Part shown: positions 19,571 through 28,717 of the stretch, in pieces
Layout: the number at the start of each line of letters is the position of its first letter
Numbering within the stretch: the stretch's first letter is position 1
DNA from: Candidatus Kapaibacterium sp.
GTDB taxonomy: Bacteria > Bacteroidota > Ignavibacteria > Kapaibacteriales > UBA2268
Direction of reading: 5' to 3'
Assembly: GCA_963664875.1 (NCBI GenBank)
Contig: OY761611.1
Coordinates: 3,584,001-3,648,000, forward strand
Length of the DNA stretch: 64,000 bases
The notes under the pieces: model-generated
What the model saw: only the letters and a program-made list of their open reading frames with translations
Told to the model about the DNA's origin: nothing
Databases searched by the model: none
Translations under genes and position numbers: made by a program

Positions 19571-19652
19571 AGCCTGAAAGGCTGAAAGATATTAGCCAGG
19601 GGCATCGCCCCGGGACACCCAATACCAAACTACCGGAGCCCTGAAAGGGCGG
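19571..19652 (+). repeat. Composite REP arm left of tnpA
   Basis: AGCCTGAAAGGCT..TAGCCAGGGGCATCGCCCCGGG..AGCCCTGAAAGGGCG; three small palindromes. Confidence 0.85.
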
Positions 19653-19660
19653 CAAGATGG

Positions 19661-20113
19661 TCATATCCACAAATATCTTTCATCATATTTTACTCCTAAT
19701 TTGTCTAAGATGGCTTTGTATTCCTGTTTGAAATCTACACGTTTGTGATGTTCGACTTGATTTTCGATATAGTTTCGAATATCAGATATTTGAGATTTAT
19801 TTACTGAGAATACTCCATATCCGGCCTGCCAATAAAAAGTAGAATATTTTGCGTCCTGTTCTTTTATCCATCGTGAAGATTGTTTTTTGAGATTTTTAAC
19901 AAGTTCAACAATGCTAGTCTTTTTTGACAAAACACAAAGTATATGAATATGATCTTCATATCCTCCAATTGAGAGAGGGGTACAATTTAATCCATTGCAA
20001 ATTCCTCCTAGGTAAGAATGTAATCTGGCACTTAGATCATTTTTTATTATTTGTGCCCTGTCTTTTGTACTGAAAACAATGTGAATATATACTTCGGCTA
20101 AAGAGTGTGCCAT
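19661..20113 (-). mobile_element. tnpA: IS200/IS605-family Y1 HUH transposase, probably REP-associated (RAYT/TnpA-REP)
   Basis: HIVFSTK.R, EDHIHIL (HUH), FYWQAGYGVFSV and YIENQ..HH; bracketed by inverted REP arms. Confidence 0.9.
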
Positions 20114-20124
20114 ACCATTTCTTC

Positions 20125-20207
20125 CCGCCCTTTCAGGGCTCTAATTATTTTGATGCCTTATACCCATGGCGTTGCCATGGGCTAATCTCTTTTGAGGCTT
20201 TCAGCCT
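20125..20207 (-). repeat. Composite REP arm right of tnpA (inverted relative to left arm)
   Basis: CGCCCTTTCAGGGCT..CCCATGGCGTTGCCATGGGCTA..AGGCTTTCAGCCT. Confidence 0.85.
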
Positions 20208-20295
20208 CTCTTTTTTGTCAATTCGTCAAACTATATATTTTTTTATAAAATTATAAATTCCATTTAAATAGCAGTGTAGATAAATAGTTAAATTG

Positions 20296-20343
20296 AAAAA
20301 TATTTCGCATTGGTTGGTTCTCCGTATTATAAAAAGCACTGAG
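20296..20343 (+). repeat. 48-bp direct repeat, copy 2
   Basis: Matches 19489-19536; runs into the terminator hairpin AAGCACTGAG...CTCAGTGCTT. Confidence 0.9.
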
Positions 20344-20385
20344 TAGAATTAACTCCTCAGTGCTTAAAAAATAAACATATTTTTG

Positions 20386-20688
20386 CTATTTTGCAATAAT
20401 ATATTTGCCGCTGTTTACTTCTTTATCAGAAGATATTATGCTATAAACATAAGTACCGGATTTCAGCTTAGAAATATCAATATTTACAACTTGATATTTA
20501 CCGGTCAAATTTATGTCAGAACTAATTAGTTCCTGACCAAGTAAATTAAACACTTTAAATACTATATTTCCTGCTTGCGATTCTGCAATAGTAAGTGCAA
20601 GTTTATCAAATTCTTGTTTTACCTGATACATCATATAGAATTCAGTATCGTTAAGACGGATTCTTGGCTGACCTATTATATAAATTTT
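20386..20688 (-). pseudogene. Orphan C-terminal fragment (T9SS type A sorting domain) of a secreted protein
   Basis: VFNLLGQEL...IDISKLKSGTYVYSI...GKYIIAK; the upstream frame is closed by a stop and has no signal peptide or cargo domain. Confidence 0.65.
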
Positions 20689-20922
20689 GACTTACCTTCA
20701 TCATAAGGCTTATATACATCCTCTTCTATCACACGATATCTAAGTTTTTCTTACATTTACGACTTGTATTCTTCTTCGTAAAAAAAGGACGTTACAAGTA
20801 TTTTTGAGTTCTAATGACAAATCAAGGATTTTCAGAATGACAATTCCTTATTAGTTTGCAAGCATTTTATCAAAACTTTTTGTATTTTTGTTTCAAATTC
20901 AAATATTTTATGGAGCTTACAG

Positions 20923-21426
20923 ATGAAAATATATAGATACCTGATTATGCTTTTTGTTTTGCTTGTAGCTTGCCAGGAGTCGCAGGTTTCCAAAGACGGA
21001 GTGGAACATACTTTGAGCAGCATTCGAGTGGAACCTGGCTTGTCTTGGTTCGACCTGCACTATAGAGAGTATGCACCTAATGATTCTATGTGTAACATTA
21101 TTAAAGATGTTTACGATCCTTCTGTTTATAGTGTTGTGATGTTTACTTCCTATTTATGTAATTGCGAAGACAATTCGACATATTTGCCTCATTTAGCTAA
21201 GATATTGACCTACTGCGACATACCTGATTCGAATATGAGGTTTTTCCTGATGACTTCTGTAGATAATGAAACACCATTTAAGGGGACAGTTGCAATAAAC
21301 GAATTCCCTGAAGCATACTTATTCAAAAATGGTGAGCCTGTTGCTTCGTTAATTGCTATCAGAGATACACTCGAATATTCACAAAGGACTTTCGAGAAAG
21401 CAATTTTGACTGCAATTTCTGAATAA
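20923..21426 (+). CDS. Lipoprotein, thioredoxin-like fold
   Basis: LLVAC lipobox; VMFTSYLCNCED...LPHLAKIL and FPEAYLFKNGEPV resemble a thioredoxin fold. Confidence 0.65.
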   Translation: MKIYRYLIMLFVLLVACQESQVSKDGVEHTLSSIRVEPGLSWFDLHYREYAPNDSMCNIIKDVYDPSVYSVVMFTSYLCNCEDNSTYLPHLAKILTYCDIPDSNMRFFLMTSVDNETPFKGTVAINEFPEAYLFKNGEPVASLIAIRDTLEYSQRTFEKAILTAISE

Positions 21427-21443
21427 GAAGACAGGAGACTTTT

Positions 21444-21851
21444 ATGAAATACTGGATAGCAAAATCTGACCCCGACTGTTACTCTTGGGACGATTTGAAA
21501 AGGGACAAAACAACTGATTGGGACGGAGTTCGCAACTATCAGGCACGAAACAATCTAAAAGAAATGAAAATCGGTGATTTGGTGCTTATTTATGCAAGCG
21601 TTACCACAAAAGATCTTGTTGGTATCGCTAAAGTATCCAAAGAGGCTTATCAGGATCCTACTACTGATGATGAGAGATGGGTTGCCGTTGAGTTGGAGGC
21701 TTTTGAAGATTTGGAAAAACCTATCAATCTTCAAAAAATAAAAGAGACTCCCGAATTGCAAAACATAGCCCTAATCAAACAATCGAGGTTGTCGGTTATG
21801 CCTGTAACCCGTGAAGAATTTGATAAAATTATTGAGATGTCCAAATCATAG
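21444..21851 (+). CDS. EVE domain-containing protein
   Basis: YWIAKSDP..YSWDDL, WDGVRNYQARN and LIKQSRLSVMPV. Confidence 0.93.
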   Translation: MKYWIAKSDPDCYSWDDLKRDKTTDWDGVRNYQARNNLKEMKIGDLVLIYASVTTKDLVGIAKVSKEAYQDPTTDDERWVAVELEAFEDLEKPINLQKIKETPELQNIALIKQSRLSVMPVTREEFDKIIEMSKS

Positions 21852-21862
21852 GTTTATTTTTG

Positions 21863-22882
21863 ATGGGAAAGAAAATAAAAGTCTGGTTTACAGATTTTTG
21901 GCTGAATTTTGACAAGGAAAACAACATCTTTATGGATTTACTTCGCGAACGCTATGAAGTGAAGCTCGACGAAAAGAACCCTGATTTTTTGTTTTTTTCT
22001 CTTTTTGGGATGAATCATATTTTCTATAAATGCACGCGTATTTTTTTCTCAGGAGAAAATATGCCGGCTGACATGAATAGATGCGATTATTCATTCTCTT
22101 TCGAAATGCCTAACGGAAATCCGAGGAAATACAGATTGCCACATTATTATCAGTTTGGCAGACCTGAATCATTATTAGAAAAACCTGACCCGAGGGAATT
22201 GCTAAAAGAGAAAACAAAATTTTGCAACTTCATATTTTCAAACCCAAGCTGCAAGAAACGAAATGAGTTCTTTCATAAGTTAAGCAAATATAAAAAGGTT
22301 GACTCTGCCGGAAGGTTTCTTAATAATATGGATAAGCCTCTCGGCATGCGTGTGGAAGATAAATGGGAATTTATGAAGCCTTACAAATTCTCAATTTGCT
22401 TCGAAAATGAAGAAGCAAACTACTACACCACAGAAAAGCCTTTTGAAGCTATGAAATTGAATAATATTCCGATTTATTGGGGCAATCCGAAAGTTGAGAT
22501 AGATTTTAATCCAAAAGCCATTTTAAATTGGTATGATTACGGTTCGGACGAAGCACTGATTGAAAAAATAATAGAATTGGATCAGGACGATGAGAAATAC
22601 ATAGAATTTATGTCTCAACCTTGGTTTGCAGATAATCAAATCAATGAATATGTCAACAGGGAAAATATACTTGCCCAAATAGATAAAATTATCAATGACA
22701 AAATAGAACCCGTAGCTGCAAAATCAGGAATATTCTCTTCAAACCCAATAGTCAGAAAAGCTACTTTACTATCAGAAAAAATCAAATTTTTCAGATTAAG
22801 AGTGTATATGCGGACTAAGTTTTGGTCATGGGAAAAAGCTAAAATGAAGCTGCAGAAAATAAGAAAAAATCAGAAATGGTAA
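21863..22882 (+). CDS. Glycosyltransferase family 10 (alpha-1,3/4-fucosyltransferase-like)
   Basis: SGEN, KFCNFIFSN, VDSAGR and YKFSICFEN....Y.TEK......IPIYWG. Confidence 0.9.
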   Translation: MGKKIKVWFTDFWLNFDKENNIFMDLLRERYEVKLDEKNPDFLFFSLFGMNHIFYKCTRIFFSGENMPADMNRCDYSFSFEMPNGNPRKYRLPHYYQFGRPESLLEKPDPRELLKEKTKFCNFIFSNPSCKKRNEFFHKLSKYKKVDSAGRFLNNMDKPLGMRVEDKWEFMKPYKFSICFENEEANYYTTEKPFEAMKLNNIPIYWGNPKVEIDFNPKAILNWYDYGSDEALIEKIIELDQDDEKYIEFMSQPWFADNQINEYVNRENILAQIDKIINDKIEPVAAKSGIFSSNPIVRKATLLSEKIKFFRLRVYMRTKFWSWEKAKMKLQKIRKNQKW

Positions 22883-22885
22883 TAA

Positions 22886-22921
22886 AAAAACAGGGTATCA
22901 ATTCAAAAGATACCCTGTTTT
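22886..22921 (+). terminator. Intrinsic terminator
   Basis: AAAAACAGGGTATC...GATACCCTGTTTTT. Confidence 0.75.
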
Positions 22922-23322
22922 GTTTAATATAAAACGAAGAAAGTCTAATCCCAAATTCCTAATACAAACTTGAGTTTGTGGGAAAAAGGAGCTAACTTTT
23001 TGTCTATTTTTTTCTTTATAAATATCATTTAGTAGAAAAAAAATATATAATATCATAGTAAATAATTCTTGTATTGCCTATATATATTGCATCAGAACTT
23101 CATAATATAGAAATTTGTTTTCAGTAATTCCTTAATTAGATGTGCATCTTACGCTTAAACACTATATGAGGAGAGGAGACAAAGCGTTCTTTTTTCTTTT
23201 TCCCAAGGTCTCTGAGTTTGTCGAAGTGCCGTTTCTTTTGCTTTTTTATCGCAAAAAAAGACAAAGAAATGGAAAAAGTAACACCAATCTCTTTTTTTTA
23301 TCACCTGCAATGGAAAGTCTTA

Positions 23323-23407
23323 CCGCCCCTACAGGGCTTTGTTTACTCAATACTTGCGACCGTCCCTTGGCGATTCCATGGGCTATTATCTATCAACCTT
23401 TCAGTCT
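23323..23407 (-). repeat. Degenerate solo copy of the tnpA-associated composite REP
   Basis: CCGCCCCTACAGGGCT..CCCTTGGCGATTCCATGGGCTA..ACCTTTCAGTCT is colinear with 20125-20207. Confidence 0.8.
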
Positions 23408-23677
23408 GAAAATATATTCTTATTAACCTATTTTATTCGACTGCAACGTTTAACTAATAAACTCAATATGATTCAAAATAATAATAATTTTCTTCATATC
23501 GTTGTCTTTCATTCTAACAACTACTTCCTTGCAATTAGTTAGATGGAAAATGCCATTATAAAATTTGTAAAAGTAGTTTATATACATAAAATCCCCGATA
23601 AAAATTTTACCAGGGATTATTTTAAAAATTAAATCTGTTACCTTATTTTAGGATGTTACATTTTTACAAGAATTATA

Positions 23678-25765
23678 TTATTTCTTGTTCCATCGTTCTA
23701 CTGATTTTTTGGTTTCTTCTATCATTGGCTCGATTGAAATTTCACTTCCAACAGCACCTTTCATCCACATTTGAGGGATGATTCTGCCCTGTACACACAT
23801 TCTTTCCATTTCTGTAGCAAGATTTTTATCTTTGATATATTGCTCTATTTGGAATTCTATCAAATGGCCGAGAGGGTAAGCAGATAGATAGAGAGGAATT
23901 TCTATCATGTGCGAATAAATCGCTAATATAGGGTTATCATTGATACCAAAGACAGGAGCATAGTAGCTGTTCCATACATCTTTTGCTATTTTGATTACTG
24001 CTTCTTTCAATTCTGCAGCGTTTGCATTAGGGTTGGCATATAACCATTTCCAAACTCTCATATCCACGACAGATACACCCATTATTTCATAGGCTGCCCA
24101 GAATTGATCCAATGTATTTAGCATTTCCTGGTCAGGGTTATTGTTTTTTATGCCGAGAAGCTCCAAATCTCTGTGTTGGAATATAAAAGCAAATGCCTCT
24201 GTAAATGCAGTGTTAGGCACACCATTTAGCAAGTACTCGTTTACATTATAGGTTGTGAAAGTTTGCTCGACATTGTGACCAAATTCATGGACAGCAATGT
24301 TGTAACCTTTGTAATCCATACCGTCTTTACCAAATCTTGTACGCAATCTGGATTTTTTACCTTTCATGGCAGTTCCGGCTGCATGACCTGCACCACGAGA
24401 TGCATCTACATGAATTTTGTCAGATAGATAAGTAGCTCTCTGAGCCGAAAATCCAAGCTTTTTGAGTATATTTGGCAAATCTTTTTGTAAAGCATCTGTG
24501 TTAGGATATTTCTTTTTAGTTATTTCGTTTAGCTTATCAAAATCAAGAGTAGATCTTGTTTTGAAACCGTCATACCAAATATCAAATGGCTGCAAGTCTC
24601 TTCCAAGTCTTTCTTTTATGATATTAGCCACATCTTTCACTACCGGAGAAGAAATGAAATCAACAAAAAGCTTTTCCACATCTTCCTGTGGTATTTCCAT
24701 AGCACCGGAAAATCTTCTTTCAATATATGTAGGAGTAACAGGAGTAAACTCGTCAACTCTTTTTATAGCTTTGAAATTGTTAAGTAATATCTGGTAGCGA
24801 GTGTTTGGTTCCGGATTTACTTCGACTTTTTTATCATCTTTTTTGACTTCATTGCTAAACGGATTCCAAGTATAATCGCTTGAATTGATAACAACTTCAG
24901 GAATTTCCTGAGTAATAATTCTTTCCATTACTTTAGCAACCATTTTTTGCTTTTCAAGACCATCTTTTTCGGCATAAAGTGATTTAATTTCGTCGCGTAA
25001 GTTCCAGTGAGTGATTAGAGACATATCTTCCGGGAAAAGCTGCTCGCCTTTGTCATTGCGTAGATAGCCCATTTTGATATTGTAGGAGGAAATGTAAGCA
25101 TCTGCATCTGCCATAGCGGTAGTCTGAGCCTGATTGAGCTCTGCAGGTATTCTGTCTGTAAACAAGTCACCAACTCTTGCATAGGCCCACTGCTTGCGAT
25201 TCCAATTAGTGCCAAGTTCTGTTTTTTCCTGCAGTGTATAAGTAGGGAAGTTTAGCAAAACCTGGAAAGCAATCTTGTTATCAAAGAAATCAGAAGTAAT
25301 ATGAGCGTAAGGATCCCATGCAGAAAATGCGAGGTCAAGTTTACCAAATTCGCCAATTTCTAATTGGACAGGTCTTGCCACATCTAACCTAATTTCATTG
25401 AGGTAGCCGTAAATAGTTTCAAGATTAGTAGAAATGGTATTGTACATCATATCGAGCTGTTTGTCTTCCGCTATGAAATTTTCAATACAAAACTGCTGAA
25501 ATTGCTCAGGAGTGCCATCAGTAGATCTCCAAAGTCTTGCCACTTGGCTGACACCTTTTTCTATTCTTGCAATATTTTTTTCGCCGTATTTTTCGATTAG
25601 TTGGTTTACAGCAAATTTTACAGAAGCATCGTCAATTTTCACAACCTCAACCTCTTTGACAATTTTAGTACCATGGAAAGATTTGTCTGTATTTGAACAA
25701 CTGCCTAATATTAGCATCCCGCCAACAGCCATAACTGCTAATGCTTTTTTCATTATGTTCTCCAT
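23678..25765 (-). CDS. Lipoprotein with gluzincin zinc-peptidase motif (M2/M3-like)
   Basis: LGSC lipobox; HEFGH followed by NTAFTEAF third-ligand Glu. Confidence 0.75.
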   Translation of the reverse strand: MENIMKKALAVMAVGGMLILGSCSNTDKSFHGTKIVKEVEVVKIDDASVKFAVNQLIEKYGEKNIARIEKGVSQVARLWRSTDGTPEQFQQFCIENFIAEDKQLDMMYNTISTNLETIYGYLNEIRLDVARPVQLEIGEFGKLDLAFSAWDPYAHITSDFFDNKIAFQVLLNFPTYTLQEKTELGTNWNRKQWAYARVGDLFTDRIPAELNQAQTTAMADADAYISSYNIKMGYLRNDKGEQLFPEDMSLITHWNLRDEIKSLYAEKDGLEKQKMVAKVMERIITQEIPEVVINSSDYTWNPFSNEVKKDDKKVEVNPEPNTRYQILLNNFKAIKRVDEFTPVTPTYIERRFSGAMEIPQEDVEKLFVDFISSPVVKDVANIIKERLGRDLQPFDIWYDGFKTRSTLDFDKLNEITKKKYPNTDALQKDLPNILKKLGFSAQRATYLSDKIHVDASRGAGHAAGTAMKGKKSRLRTRFGKDGMDYKGYNIAVHEFGHNVEQTFTTYNVNEYLLNGVPNTAFTEAFAFIFQHRDLELLGIKNNNPDQEMLNTLDQFWAAYEIMGVSVVDMRVWKWLYANPNANAAELKEAVIKIAKDVWNSYYAPVFGINDNPILAIYSHMIEIPLYLSAYPLGHLIEFQIEQYIKDKNLATEMERMCVQGRIIPQMWMKGAVGSEISIEPMIEETKKSVERWNKK

Positions 25766-25843
25766 TGATATAGTAAACTATTATTTATCCGGCTTATCTA
25801 AGTTTATAAAATACATAAAAAAAACCGAAAATTGCACAAAAAA

Positions 25844-25881
25844 AGCCTAGAAACTGATATAATACTATCAGTTTCTAGGCT
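25844..25881. terminator. Intrinsic terminator
   Basis: AGCCTAGAAACTGATA...TATCAGTTTCTAGGCT perfect 16-bp stem with an A tract on the left (T tail on minus strand). Confidence 0.75.
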
Positions 25882-25909
25882 ATCTAAATACTATTCTTAT
25901 TAGAATAAA

Positions 25910-26272
25910 TTAGAAAGATTCGTCTGCAAATAAAGCAACAACATCTTCTGCTCTGATATTAGCCTGAGCTTGAGATGCATACTTTTTGAAAAGCGGAGTT
26001 TTGATAAAATTCAACTCAATAAGTGCTTCATCAAAAGACTCTATAGGAGCATTAGCAGCTAAATCCAAAGGATGAGAGTTGTCTTTGACAAGCGAGCTTT
26101 CTATGCTGTCTAAAGCATCTAAAAGTATATTTTTTTGCCATGTTTCGTTTGTTTTTTCATTGGCAAGAGTAACTTTCTCGTTGTTGTCCGCTACTTTTTT
26201 CGCATCTATTTTTGCAGGTGCAAAAGGTTCGTAGTTTGCAACTCCACTTGTTCTGATTTCGGATATGTTCAT
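25910..26272 (-). CDS. Hypothetical protein (C-terminal AQAN motif)
   Basis: ORF with GGGGA RBS before MNISEIR; ends ASQAQANIRAEDVVALF. Confidence 0.7.
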   Translation of the reverse strand: MNISEIRTSGVANYEPFAPAKIDAKKVADNNEKVTLANEKTNETWQKNILLDALDSIESSLVKDNSHPLDLAANAPIESFDEALIELNFIKTPLFKKYASQAQANIRAEDVVALFADESF

Positions 26273-26506
26273 TAGTTTATCCCCCAAAGATATATTCATA
26301 CTATTATTCATATTTATCACTTTTAACGTCTTTAGAGCTATAGTTACAATTAGCATACCAAAATCCGGAGACAACGAAATTTGACTAGTAAATAAAAAAA
26401 GCTTTGGAATTGATTACTATTATATTATTTTGACTATAGCTTCGTCAGATTAAGAAACAGACAAAGTAATTTAAGTTTATCAAATGTTTGGATCAAGGGT
26501 AGTGCT

Positions 26507-27052
26507 ATGAAAACTATACTTTTCGCAATCGCAACCACAGCAATAATCTTTTTGTCCTCATGTAAACCTGAACAGGAATTTTTGTCACCTGAGCAGATTT
26601 TAAAGGAAAAAGAAGCTGTGCAAAATGTAATTAAAACTTATAACGATGCTTCAGAAGACAGAAACTTTGCAAAAATTGTTGAAACTTTAGCAGAAGAAGT
26701 AAAATTCTTTGGTACAGATTCTGCAGAAATTATCACTACGTTCCCACAGTTCAAAGAAGCAATTCAGTTGCAATGGGACGAATACGAAAGAATAAACTAC
26801 GGGCACATGCAGGATGTCTTTATTGATATGGATCCTAATGGACAGCTTGCAACTATTATGTATGGTCAGCCTGTAGATCTATTCAAAAACGGAGTGCATA
26901 AGCACGTATATGTAAGAGTCCAAAGAACACTGAAAAAACAAAAAGGCAACTGGTTGATTTATAGTGGCATCATGGGCTTGGCAAATAATACAAAAATTAT
27001 TCCTGATCAGATGCAAGAGGAAACTCCGGCAGAAACAACAGAAACAAAATAA
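26507..27052 (+). CDS. SnoaL/NTF2-like fold lipoprotein
   Basis: LSSC lipobox; FFGTD..E and R.QRTLKKQKGNWLI patterns of NTF2-like proteins. Confidence 0.75.
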   Translation: MKTILFAIATTAIIFLSSCKPEQEFLSPEQILKEKEAVQNVIKTYNDASEDRNFAKIVETLAEEVKFFGTDSAEIITTFPQFKEAIQLQWDEYERINYGHMQDVFIDMDPNGQLATIMYGQPVDLFKNGVHKHVYVRVQRTLKKQKGNWLIYSGIMGLANNTKIIPDQMQEETPAETTETK

Positions 27053-27260
27053 TTTTTTGCTAAAAATATCTGAAACAAAAGATACTCCTTTAGAAGTAAG
27101 GGAGTATCTTTTGCGTTTTAATGTCTATAATATAGTACATAAAAGTTAGAATGAGTATTTTACGCTAAACCAATTTTTGCATAATCCGTAATTATGCTAT
27201 ATTGCTATATGATTTAAACGCATAATTACACATTATTAAATATAGGAAGGTTATAAGATA

Positions 27261-28514
27261 ATGGCTGAATCAGTATTAGATAAGTTTCTAAGATATGTAA
27301 AGATTGATACCCAATCGCAGGAAGGAACAGGAACTACACCAAGCACAAAAAAACAATTTGATCTCGCTAATTTGCTTTTGAAAGAGCTTAAAGATATGGG
27401 CGTTACGGATGTTGAATTAGATGAGCATTGTTACCTTTATGCTACAATTCCGTCAAACATTCCGGCTGACCACCCTAAATATGGCAAAGTGCCGGCAGTT
27501 GGCTTTATTGCTCACGTAGATACTTCTCCTGATGTCAGCGGCAAAGACGTTAAACCTCAGGTTATTGAAAACTATCAGGGCGGAGACATTGTTCTTCCTG
27601 CTGATAACAGCGTTGTGATTAAAGACAGTGAAAATCCAACTTTGAAAGATTGTATCGGACACACTCTTGTTACTACAGACGGTACTACTCTTCTTGGTTC
27701 TGATGATAAATCCGGAGTTGCTGCTATTATGGTAATGGCTGAAACATTGATGGAAAACAAAGATATGCTTCATGGCGATGTGAAAATTGCATTTACGCCG
27801 GACGAAGAAATCGGTCAAGGCACAATCAAATTCAGATTGGAAAAATTTGACTGTAAATATGCTTATACTATCGATGGGGGCTCTTTGGGCGAATTGAACA
27901 AAGAAACTTTCAGTGCTAACTCTTGCATAGTGCGCACAAAAGGTAGAGATATTCACCCTGGTTTTGCTAAAGACAGAATGGTCAATTCTATCAGAGCAAT
28001 GGCTGCTATAATTGAAAAAATGCCTAAAGATATGGCTCCTGAAACTACAGACGGACATCAGCCATACATCCATCCATATACTGTTTCAGGTTCAGTTTTT
28101 GAATCTGAATTGAAAATCTTGTTCAGAGATTTCAAAACAGCCGGTCTTGATGATCAGAAAAAAATGATGGAAAATATCATAGAAGAAGTTAAAAAAGACT
28201 TCCCAACTACAGAATTTGAATTAGAAATTATCGAAATGTACCGCAATATGCTCGAAAAATTGGAAGAGCAACCTGAAGGTTTGGAATTCTTATGGCAAGC
28301 TGCTGAAGAAGCAGGCGCTAAACCATATTGGGAACCAATCCGCGGCGGTACTGATGGTTCTCGTTTGACTGAAATGGGTCTGCCTACTCCAAATATCTTT
28401 ACAGGTGGTCATAACTTCCACTCACGTACAGAATGGGTTTCTATCGACTCTTTAGAGTACACAGGCAAAACTGTGATGAATCTAATCAGAATTTGGATGG
28501 AAAACAGCAAATAG
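27261..28514 (+). CDS. pepT: Peptidase T (tripeptide aminopeptidase)
   Basis: FLRYVKIDTQS, AHVDTSPD, LLGSDDKSG, FTPDEEIG and PIRGGTDG. Confidence 0.96.
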   Translation: MAESVLDKFLRYVKIDTQSQEGTGTTPSTKKQFDLANLLLKELKDMGVTDVELDEHCYLYATIPSNIPADHPKYGKVPAVGFIAHVDTSPDVSGKDVKPQVIENYQGGDIVLPADNSVVIKDSENPTLKDCIGHTLVTTDGTTLLGSDDKSGVAAIMVMAETLMENKDMLHGDVKIAFTPDEEIGQGTIKFRLEKFDCKYAYTIDGGSLGELNKETFSANSCIVRTKGRDIHPGFAKDRMVNSIRAMAAIIEKMPKDMAPETTDGHQPYIHPYTVSGSVFESELKILFRDFKTAGLDDQKKMMENIIEEVKKDFPTTEFELEIIEMYRNMLEKLEEQPEGLEFLWQAAEEAGAKPYWEPIRGGTDGSRLTEMGLPTPNIFTGGHNFHSRTEWVSIDSLEYTGKTVMNLIRIWMENSK

Positions 28515-28539
28515 AAATTTGCGTCCTCTTATTTAATGG

Positions 28540-28576
28540 AAAGGGTATCTTGCTTTCAACGCAGGATACCCTTTTT
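28540..28576. terminator. Bidirectional terminator pepT/mtaB
   Basis: AAAGGGTATCTTGC...GCAGGATACCCTTTT. Confidence 0.7.
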
Positions 28577-28717
28577 GCAATAAAATCTGTGAAAAAGACT
28601 TGCAATTAATTATTGAAGACGAGGGGAATTGCAGTCTATATAGAAGAGCAATCTGCTATCTTTAAAAAATTATCAATGATAGAGGTGCTTACCATTGACC
28701 AATATCATCTATTATCC

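Noticed and set aside
23142-23542. Short ORFs in repeat-rich intergenic DNA (also 19432-19644, 32291-32643 and 58376-58585)
   Set aside because: They run through REP/MITE-like repeats and are probably spurious.
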